Shown here in pieces: positions 46,529-54,152 of a DNA stretch of 59,116 nucleotides. Source of the DNA: an uncultured Candidatus Saccharibacteria bacterium. Its GTDB lineage: Bacteria; Patescibacteriota; Minisyncoccia; Phycocordibacterales; JAKFXT01. Location of the stretch: contig CAYUDP010000002.1 in the NCBI GenBank assembly GCA_964443725.1, forward strand, positions 1 to 59,116, read 5' to 3'. Made by a program: the position numbers and the translations under genes. How positions within the stretch are numbered: position 1 is the first letter of the stretch; the number at the start of each line of letters is the position of its first letter. The notes under the pieces are model-generated. The model did not search any database. It was given only the letters and a program-made list of their open reading frames with translations, and was not told where the DNA came from.

Positions 46529-46885
46529 ATGCGAACAATTGCAAAAAAAGTGACTGCCACTAAAGCAACTAAAACAGTAGCTAAGAAGTCGGCAGTAAAA
46601 TCCTCAAAGAAGGGTAAGAATTCTCCAGTATGTGTTTCTGGCGAATTGAGATTTTGGGTTAATAATGGCCCGGTTTTATCAAGCCTCTGGGATCTAGAAA
46701 GAGCTTTATCAGATATATCTGACGATCAATATTTCTATCATGCAAATGAATGGAAAAATGATTTCGTTCCATGGGTACAGTATGTGTTGATGGATGATGT
46801 TGCCGCCAAAGCTTTGTCAGGAGCAAAGAGTCGAAAGGAAGCAAAGAAGAAAGTATCCGAGGTTGTAAAGAAATATTCTAAGTAA
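46529..46885 (+). CDS. hypothetical protein with a Lys/Ala-rich N-terminus and a small globular C-terminal domain
   Basis: MRTIAKKVTATKATKTVAKKSAVKSSKKGK, then FWVNNGPVLSSLWDLERAL...YFYHANEWKNDFVPWVQ. It is embedded in the glucan cluster. Confidence 0.5.
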   Translation: MRTIAKKVTATKATKTVAKKSAVKSSKKGKNSPVCVSGELRFWVNNGPVLSSLWDLERALSDISDDQYFYHANEWKNDFVPWVQYVLMDDVAAKALSGAKSRKEAKKKVSEVVKKYSK

Positions 46886-46896
46886 ATAAAATATTC

Positions 46897-48876
46897 ATGG
46901 CCCGATCTGCTATTTTAGGAAATGGGCAAATGCTCGTTGCACTAGACAATAGGGGGTCTTTAAGAGACCTCTATTTTCCGTATGTCGGATTAGAGGATCA
47001 GGTTCGTGGGCATTATATACATAGGGTGGGTGTTTTCGTGGATGGCCAAATGTCATGGTTGTCTGATGATAAATCATGGAGGATAGAGATATATACTGAG
47101 GATGAGGCTTTGGCGAGTAGGATAGTGGCCGTGAATGAAAACCTCAAAGTTTCTCTTAATTTCAAAGATCTTGTTTACAATGAACGCAACATTTTTATTA
47201 GAAGAGTTGAGGTTAAAAATCTAGACAAAAGAAGTCGAGAGATAAAACTTTATTTTTCCCATCAATTTGAACTGTATAAGTCTCATGGTGGGGACACAGC
47301 TTATTTTGATCCAGTAAGACATGCCATTGTTCACTATAAGGGACAGAGAATATTTCTGATAAATGGGGAGATGGATAAAATGCCTTTTTCTGATTTCAGT
47401 ATCGGACTTGCCAATTTCCAAGGACATGAAGGGACACATAGGGATGCCGATGATGGTGCTTTGTCCAAAAATCCAATTGAACATGGACCAGTAGACTCGG
47501 TTGTCGGATTCTATTATTTTTATTCTGGCGAGGAGGCAAAGACTATTCATTATTGGGTAGTTGCAGCCAAGACAATGTCTGAAGCTCATACTTTAAATGA
47601 TTATATTTTGCGCAAAACCCCTGAGCATTTGGTGAAAACGACTTCAGATTTCTGGAAGGCGTGGGTAAATAAATTTGATTTTCATTTTCATAATTTGTCT
47701 GATGAAGAGACAACTTTGTTCAAGAAATCTTTGATGATAATTAGGGCACATGCTGATAAAGAGGGGGGAATAATTGCTTCAACTGATTCTGATATGCTTC
47801 AACAAGGCAAAGATACTTATAGTTATGTCTGGCCTAGAGATGGGGCTTATACCGCCTCGGCTTTTTCAAAGTCTGGAGATTTTCAGGTTGCGAGAAGATT
47901 TTTCCAATTTTGTAATGATGTTTTAACAGATGGTGGTTATCTTATGCACAAATATTTGCCGGATAAGTCTCTTGGGAGTTCTTGGCATCCATGGATAAGA
48001 AATGGTCAATTTCAGCTACCGATTCAGGAAGATGAAACAGCCTCTGTTTTGGTTTCTTTGCTTGAATATTATAAGGAGTCTAAGGACATAGAATTTATTG
48101 AGTCTATTTATAATTCTTTTATTGAGAAGGCGGCTGATTTTTTGGTTGGGTATAGGGATAAGAAGACGAAGTTGCCCAAGGGAAGTTATGATCTTTGGGA
48201 AGAGAAATATGGGACGAGTACTTATACTTGTGCTTCAGTTTATGGAGCACTCATGGCTTCGGCTGAATTTTCTCGTATGCTTGGAAAGTTGGCTCATGAA
48301 TCCAACTACAAAAAGGTTGCAAATGAAATCAAGGAGGGTATTATGAGTCATCTTTACAAAGAAAACGAAGGTGTTTTCATAAAGATGATTAACCTAGACG
48401 ACAATTCGCTTGCTGAAGATAAAACTTTAGATATGTCGTCAGTTTTTGGGATTTTCTATTTTGGTGTTCTAGATATTTCAGATGAAAGATTGAAAAAGGC
48501 CATGGATATAACGTGGAAGAGGCTTTCTAGTGGTATAAGAACAGGTGGTATAGCGAGGTATGAAGGAGATAATTATTTTAGAACAAGGCACGATGTTCCA
48601 GGGAATCCTTGGTTTATTACAACTCTTTGGTATTCACAATATTTGACCGCTTTAGCTAAAAATGAAGAAGATTTAAAAAGAGTCGAAGAAATATTTGCTT
48701 GGGTATTAAACCATGCTGAGAAATCTGGTATGCTCTCAGAGCAATTAGATCCAGAGTCAGGAAGGCAAGTATGCGCCTCGCCCTTAACTTGGAGCCATGC
48801 TGAATATATAAACTCTGTTACTGTTTTTTTGAGGAAAATAAAAGAATTGGGGATTTGTAGTGAATGCGGGAGATAG
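46897..48876 (+). CDS. glycoside hydrolase family 15 (glucoamylase/glucodextranase-like)
   Basis: An N-terminal beta-sandwich followed by an (alpha/alpha)6 domain with YVWPRDGAYTA, LWEEKYG and PLTWSHAEY. Confidence 0.85.
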   Translation: MARSAILGNGQMLVALDNRGSLRDLYFPYVGLEDQVRGHYIHRVGVFVDGQMSWLSDDKSWRIEIYTEDEALASRIVAVNENLKVSLNFKDLVYNERNIFIRRVEVKNLDKRSREIKLYFSHQFELYKSHGGDTAYFDPVRHAIVHYKGQRIFLINGEMDKMPFSDFSIGLANFQGHEGTHRDADDGALSKNPIEHGPVDSVVGFYYFYSGEEAKTIHYWVVAAKTMSEAHTLNDYILRKTPEHLVKTTSDFWKAWVNKFDFHFHNLSDEETTLFKKSLMIIRAHADKEGGIIASTDSDMLQQGKDTYSYVWPRDGAYTASAFSKSGDFQVARRFFQFCNDVLTDGGYLMHKYLPDKSLGSSWHPWIRNGQFQLPIQEDETASVLVSLLEYYKESKDIEFIESIYNSFIEKAADFLVGYRDKKTKLPKGSYDLWEEKYGTSTYTCASVYGALMASAEFSRMLGKLAHESNYKKVANEIKEGIMSHLYKENEGVFIKMINLDDNSLAEDKTLDMSSVFGIFYFGVLDISDERLKKAMDITWKRLSSGIRTGGIARYEGDNYFRTRHDVPGNPWFITTLWYSQYLTALAKNEEDLKRVEEIFAWVLNHAEKSGMLSEQLDPESGRQVCASPLTWSHAEYINSVTVFLRKIKELGICSECGR

Positions 48877-48937
48877 TTTTGGTAAATGAATAGTGGATTA
48901 TTGTGCGAAAAATACTCGTTTTGATATACTTCTTGTT

Positions 48938-49906
48938 ATGGAAGAAGCAATAAAAGCATTTACAAAACAATTTTCTTTTCGTCCGGAGGTGAATAATGCC
49001 CCGAAATTAAAGGCAAAAAGCAAATATATCATAATAGGTATGGGTGGGTCACATTTGGCTGCCGGACTGTTAAAGTCTAGTTATCCGATACTTAATATAT
49101 CCGTCTATTCTGATTATGGATTACCTATGCTACCGGAGCATGATTTGAGGGAGTCTTTGATTATCTTATGTTCGTACTCGGGGGATACTGAGGAGGTTTT
49201 GTTTGCGGCTAAGGAGGCAAAACTAAGAGAACTTGATGTGGCGGTTATTTCTTCAGGGGGCGCCTTAATTGAATTTGCCAAGGAGCATTATATGCCTCAC
49301 GTAGTTATTCCAGAGACTGGTATAGAACCTAGAATGGCAGTTGGTTTTATGATGCTTGCTTTATCCAGGTTGATGCAGAATGAAATGGTCGAGGAAGATA
49401 TAAGAAAATTCGGATCTATTTTAGATGTTGAAGCGTCAGTTGCTGAGGCGGACACCTTGGCTCAAAACGTGTTTGGTAAAATTCCAGTCGTCTATGCTTC
49501 AAACAAGAACTTGGCTTTGGCTTACAATTGGAAAATTAAGTTTAACGAAACTGGTAAAACACCCTGTTTTTATAATGTCTTCCCTGAATTAAATCATAAC
49601 GAAATATCTTCATATGATGTGGGCCTGGCCAAGAACGGTTCAGAAAATCTCTTTGTGATTTTACTTTCAGATGACGACGATAATGACAGGATAAAAATTA
49701 GATTTTCAATAACCCAAGATTTTTTGAAAGAAAAAAACATTCTTCATTATGAGGTAAAGCTGAAAGGGGAAAGTCAGATAAGTAAAATTTTAAACAGTAT
49801 CATTATGGCTGAATGGGTGGCTCTTAAGGTTGCAAGTAAACTTAATATGCCAGATGCTAAGACCCCTCTTATTTCAGAGTTTAAAAAGAGGTTAAGTAAT
49901 AACTAA
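48938..49906 (+). CDS. bifunctional phosphoglucose/phosphomannose isomerase-type SIS protein
   Basis: IIGMGGSHLAAGLL, CSYSGDTEE and FPELNHNE. I prefer the ATG at 48938. Confidence 0.75.
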   Translation: MEEAIKAFTKQFSFRPEVNNAPKLKAKSKYIIIGMGGSHLAAGLLKSSYPILNISVYSDYGLPMLPEHDLRESLIILCSYSGDTEEVLFAAKEAKLRELDVAVISSGGALIEFAKEHYMPHVVIPETGIEPRMAVGFMMLALSRLMQNEMVEEDIRKFGSILDVEASVAEADTLAQNVFGKIPVVYASNKNLALAYNWKIKFNETGKTPCFYNVFPELNHNEISSYDVGLAKNGSENLFVILLSDDDDNDRIKIRFSITQDFLKEKNILHYEVKLKGESQISKILNSIIMAEWVALKVASKLNMPDAKTPLISEFKKRLSNN

Positions 49907-49909
49907 ATC

Positions 49910-50728
49910 ATGATAGTTATAGGTGATATTGGTGGTACAAAGACACGATTATCTACTATAGATAGGGATAGTTTTACTGAACCTGTTATCTTTGATACCC
50001 CAAAAGATTTTGATGATGGGTTATTGAAAATAACTACTGAAGTTAGACGAATGAAAGAGATGTTTGGTGTGCCAACAGCTTTTGTATTTGGACTGCCGGG
50101 TATTTTGAATTCCAAGGGGGATACACTCTTTCGTGCCCCAAATTTGCCACTTTGGGAGGGCAAAAACATATCTGAAAGTCTAAAAAAAGAATTTTCTGGA
50201 GTGAGAGTCGTTTTAAAAAACGACTGCGCACTTGTTGCTCTCGGCGAAGCCCACTTTGGGGCTGGGAAAGATTCTCCAATAGTTGCTTATATAACGGTAA
50301 GTACCGGTGTGGGTGGAGCACGAGTTGTGTACGGTCAACTTGACTCGGCTATATATAACTTCGAACCAGGGCACCAGTTTATTGAATCTGGCAATCACGA
50401 CCTTGAAAGTCTGGTGTCTGGAACTGCAATTGAGAAAAAATATCATAAGAAGCCATTTATGATTGGGGATAAGGAAGTTTGGTCGGATATTGCTGAAACT
50501 TTATCGAGGGGCATAGTTAATACCTGTTTGCATTGGTCCCCAAGCGTTTTTGTTCTAGGCGGTTCTATGTTCAAGGAGGTTGGGATTTCCGTTGATGAAG
50601 TCAGAGAGTTTTCAGAAAGAAGCCTTAAAAAGTTTTATCCGAATATACCAGAATTTAGGCATTCAAAACTGGGAGATTTGGGAGGTCTTTATGGTGCACT
50701 TGCAATCGCAAAGCAAGAATTGATATGA
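49910..50728 (+). CDS. glucokinase/ROK-like sugar kinase
   Basis: N-terminal ATP-binding motif IGDIGGTKTR, DCALVALGE and TGVGGA. Confidence 0.7.
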   Translation: MIVIGDIGGTKTRLSTIDRDSFTEPVIFDTPKDFDDGLLKITTEVRRMKEMFGVPTAFVFGLPGILNSKGDTLFRAPNLPLWEGKNISESLKKEFSGVRVVLKNDCALVALGEAHFGAGKDSPIVAYITVSTGVGGARVVYGQLDSAIYNFEPGHQFIESGNHDLESLVSGTAIEKKYHKKPFMIGDKEVWSDIAETLSRGIVNTCLHWSPSVFVLGGSMFKEVGISVDEVREFSERSLKKFYPNIPEFRHSKLGDLGGLYGALAIAKQELI

Positions 50729-51273
50729 AAATTTTAGCTAGAGACATGTGGACTGTTTTTAGGTGCCCATCGTGTGTAGTTGGTGGGTTTTTTGCTCTGT
50801 TTGTGTTTGGATTTGTTTCAACTACTCTTCCTCATATAAATTCTATAAAACATATAATAAATCTCAACATGGTGCCTTTGGACTCTAAATATGAGGCTGT
50901 ATGGTTTTCCATCATTAATGTTTTAAGTAATTTAAACTCTTTTCAATTTGGGTTAGCAGTTATTTCAGCTGTCTTGTTTGCTAGCAGTATTGCAATTGCA
51001 ATATATCTATATAGACATTTACCCAGTCAGGGGGTGAAAAGTGGCGTGGGTGTTTTGGGGGCAATCTCGAGTGTTTTGGGTATCGGCTGTGCTTCATGTG
51101 GTTCAGTTATTCTAACCTCAATTCTGCTTTCTTTTGGGGCACTGTCATCTTCTTATGTTGTTAGTATTTTAGGGCTTTCTTTTTCTATTTTAGGAGTTAT
51201 ACTTCTCCTCGTTTCCAATGTTGTTCTGCTTAGAAAAATAAGAGCAGGAAACGTTTGCAATACAGAATGGTAA
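50725..51273 (+). CDS. hypothetical membrane protein with CxxC motifs
   Basis: CPSC near the N-terminus and GIGCASCGS within a TM segment. ATGA overlap with the upstream gene. Confidence 0.55.
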   Translation: MKILARDMWTVFRCPSCVVGGFFALFVFGFVSTTLPHINSIKHIINLNMVPLDSKYEAVWFSIINVLSNLNSFQFGLAVISAVLFASSIAIAIYLYRHLPSQGVKSGVGVLGAISSVLGIGCASCGSVILTSILLSFGALSSSYVVSILGLSFSILGVILLLVSNVVLLRKIRAGNVCNTEW

Positions 51274-52313
51274 ATCTAGAAGATTATAACTACCTATTAC
51301 CTGAAAATTTAGTGGCAAAAGAGCCCAGTTCAAAGCGCGATATGTGTCGGCTTTTTGTCTATTCTACATCTGAAAACAAGATTTATTTCGACATCTTTAA
51401 AAATATAAATAAATACTTACCAAAGGGCAGTGTATTGGTTTTCAATGATACTAAAGTTGTGCCGGCGAGGCTCAGTATTACAAGAAAGGGTGGTAGTGTC
51501 GCTGAATTATTCATTTTGGCAAATGAGCCAGAGACAAGTGAGGGTTATCTAAAAGCCATTTCAAATCGCCGTCTAAAATTGGGGGAAATATTGTTTTTGA
51601 ATGGAAAAGATGTTTTTAAAGTGGAGGAGATTGATGGGAGGTTCTTTTTTGTAAAGAAATTGTTTGATGAAGATATAAACTCTTTTTTAAAGATTTTTGG
51701 GAGCACTCCTTTGCCCCCATATATAAAAAATTCCCCCTTAAGTGAGGAAGAAGCAAGGGAGAAGTACCAGAGCATATTAGCTAATTCTGAGTCGTCCGTC
51801 GCTGCGCCGACAGCCTCTTTGCATTTTAGCGAGGAAGTACTCGATAAATTGAAGGAAGATGGAAACATCTTTGAGTATATAACTTTGCATGTCGGGCTAG
51901 GGACATTTGCAACGGTAAGTCATGAAAATATTGAGAATAAAAAACTGTTTAATGAGTGGTTTACCATAAAGGCTGATACAGCAAAAAGGTTAAACAGGTA
52001 TAAAAATGAAGGGAGAAAAATTGTTGCAGTTGGCACTACGGCAACAAGAGCTCTTGAGTCAGCTGTACTCTATGGGTCTCTAATTGAGTGTGTAAATAAG
52101 CCAACGGATATATTTATTTTACCACCGTATAAATTTCAAGTGGCGGACTCTTTGGTAACAAATTTTCATGTGCCGAAAAGCTCCCTTATGTTGCTTGTTG
52201 ATGCTTTTTTGAAATTTAAAGGAGCAAGGAGGGGGATTTTGGATTTATACAAAATAGCCATCAATGAAAATTTTAAGTTTTACTCTTTTGGGGATGCTAT
52301 GCTTATTGTTTAG
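51267..52313 (+). CDS. queA: S-adenosylmethionine:tRNA ribosyltransferase-isomerase
   Basis: DYNYLLPENLVAKEP, TPLPPYI, SVAAPTASLHF and VGTTATRALES. Confidence 0.9.
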   Translation: MVNLEDYNYLLPENLVAKEPSSKRDMCRLFVYSTSENKIYFDIFKNINKYLPKGSVLVFNDTKVVPARLSITRKGGSVAELFILANEPETSEGYLKAISNRRLKLGEILFLNGKDVFKVEEIDGRFFFVKKLFDEDINSFLKIFGSTPLPPYIKNSPLSEEEAREKYQSILANSESSVAAPTASLHFSEEVLDKLKEDGNIFEYITLHVGLGTFATVSHENIENKKLFNEWFTIKADTAKRLNRYKNEGRKIVAVGTTATRALESAVLYGSLIECVNKPTDIFILPPYKFQVADSLVTNFHVPKSSLMLLVDAFLKFKGARRGILDLYKIAINENFKFYSFGDAMLIV

Positions 52314-52352
52314 TGTTTGCTAATATTAGCCTATAACTTTTTATACATAAAT

Positions 52353-53126
52353 ATGGATAATTTAAATATACAAAATAACTCAAATATGACCCCTATAATG
52401 AAAAGTTCCAAAGTCGTAGCTTTTCTAGTTTTGGGAGGGGCTATCGTTTTGAGCTCAATTATAGCTTCTTTTGCTTTTTACAAGATAAGATCGTTTGATG
52501 ATTCTCTTTCTGTGACGGGTTCAGCTAAACAAGAGATAGTTTCTGATACTGTCACGTGGAATTCTGGATTTTCCAGAATTGTTACGATGGATTCTTTGAA
52601 ATATGGCTACTCTCAAATATCAAGTGATGAAAAAGTAGTTAGGGATTATCTTATAAAGAATGGTGTAGCTGAAACCGATTTCACAATATCGCCAGTCACA
52701 ATGAATGAGATTTTTGACTACAAACCAAATGGTGATCAAGGTGACAAAAAATACAATCTGTCTCAAAGTGTTATTTTGAATTCTAAAGATGTAGAGAAGG
52801 TCACTTCTCTCGCCAAGAATGCTCCACAAGAGATAGTTTCAAGAGGGGTTATATTTACTTCATATGGATTAAATTACTATTATTCTAAACTTCCGGATTT
52901 GCGAGTTTCTCTACTCTCTGGGGCGATAAAGGATGCTAAAGCTAGAGCAGAGAGTATTGCTGGGGCGTCTGGTAAGAAAGTTGGTCAACTAAAATCAGCT
53001 TCAAGTGGTGTAGTTCAAGTCATGCCATTGAATTCTGTTGAGGTAAATGATTATGGGTCATACGATACTGGTGAAATAAAGAAGGAGGTTATGGTTACGG
53101 TAAAGGCGGCGTTTACGTTAAGGTAG
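52353..53126 (+). CDS. SIMPL/DUF541-like membrane-anchored protein
   Basis: TM anchor, then SVTGSAKQEIVSDT...ARAESIAGASGKKVGQLKS...VTVKAAFTL. The start is ambiguous (52317 or 52353). Confidence 0.65.
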   Translation: MDNLNIQNNSNMTPIMKSSKVVAFLVLGGAIVLSSIIASFAFYKIRSFDDSLSVTGSAKQEIVSDTVTWNSGFSRIVTMDSLKYGYSQISSDEKVVRDYLIKNGVAETDFTISPVTMNEIFDYKPNGDQGDKKYNLSQSVILNSKDVEKVTSLAKNAPQEIVSRGVIFTSYGLNYYYSKLPDLRVSLLSGAIKDAKARAESIAGASGKKVGQLKSASSGVVQVMPLNSVEVNDYGSYDTGEIKKEVMVTVKAAFTLR

Positions 53127-53144
53127 TAAAATAGAGTTTTATTT

Positions 53145-53182
53145 AAAAGATAAATGGCGCCCTATGGCGTCATTTATCTTTT
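53145..53182 (+). terminator. 17-bp hairpin plus T-run
   Basis: AAAAGATAAATGGCGCC pairs with GGCGTCATTTATCTTTT, including one G-U pair. Confidence 0.65.
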
Positions 53183-53201
53183 GGTGGCAGAATATTGGGG
53201 T

Positions 53202-53891
53202 ATGAGAAAAGTAGCTATATTTGATGTTGATGGCACTATATTTCGCTCGTCTCTTTTGATTGAATTGGTTGATATTATGATTGAAAGGAAGATTTTTTCT
53301 CCCGATGTTGTAGTTGAATATCAAGTTCAAAAGGTTAAATGGTTAGACAGAAAGGGGGACTATGAGTCATATATTATGGCAGTAGTTAAGGCTTTCATGA
53401 AAAATTTGAAAGGCGTGCCGTTTTCTGAATTTGAGGATGCCTGTAGAGAAGTAGTGAGCAGGTATTCAGATAGAACATATAGATTTACAAGAGATCTTCT
53501 GAAGCAACTAAAAAAAGATGGATATTTCTTACTTGCAATATCGCACTCTCCCAAGGGGGTATTAGACCAATTTTGCCCAACCCTTGGATTCGATAAGTCT
53601 TATGGGATGTTTTATGAGCTTGGTCCGTCAGATAGATTTACTGGCAAGATAATTGATGAACATTTGATAAAGAATAAGTCAGCTATTTTAAAGCGGGCCA
53701 TAGTAAAGGAAAAACTTACTCTCGTGGGCTCTATCGGAGTGGGGGATACTGAGAGTGATATTTCATTTCTAGAATTGGTTGAGAGACCGATCTGCTTCAA
53801 CCCAAATGAGAAACTTTACAAAGAGGCAAAGAGGAACGGATGGGACGTGATAGTTGAAAGGAAAGATATGATTTATAATATTAAGCAATAA
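53202..53891 (+). CDS. HAD-IB family hydrolase (phosphoserine-phosphatase-like)
   Basis: Motif I IFDVDGTIF, AISHSP and GVGDTESD. Confidence 0.8.
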   Translation: MRKVAIFDVDGTIFRSSLLIELVDIMIERKIFSPDVVVEYQVQKVKWLDRKGDYESYIMAVVKAFMKNLKGVPFSEFEDACREVVSRYSDRTYRFTRDLLKQLKKDGYFLLAISHSPKGVLDQFCPTLGFDKSYGMFYELGPSDRFTGKIIDEHLIKNKSAILKRAIVKEKLTLVGSIGVGDTESDISFLELVERPICFNPNEKLYKEAKRNGWDVIVERKDMIYNIKQ

Positions 53892-53892
53892 T

Positions 53893-54105
53893 ATGGACAA
53901 TGAATTTTTAGAGCTAAAGAAAGAGCTTGTTGAACAAAGGTTGATACTTGAAGAAATAAAAAGCAATACCAAGTCCACAAAAAGGTATTTTCAAATCACT
54001 GGTATCATAACGATAATTCTTATTGTTGTTCCTATTTTAATATCACTGTTTATTATTCCTACTATAATGTCCAGCTTCTCTGGGCTTACTTCTTTGGGTA
54101 TTTAA
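53893..54105 (+). CDS. hypothetical 70-aa protein with a coiled N-terminus and one TM helix
   Basis: ITGIITIILIVVPILISLFIIPTIM. It lies immediately upstream of the large ATPase gene. Confidence 0.4.
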   Translation: MDNEFLELKKELVEQRLILEEIKSNTKSTKRYFQITGIITIILIVVPILISLFIIPTIMSSFSGLTSLGI

Positions 54106-54152
54106 CAATCTTTTCTTAGAATCCTTTGGTATCTGCGTGATATAATTTTCTC

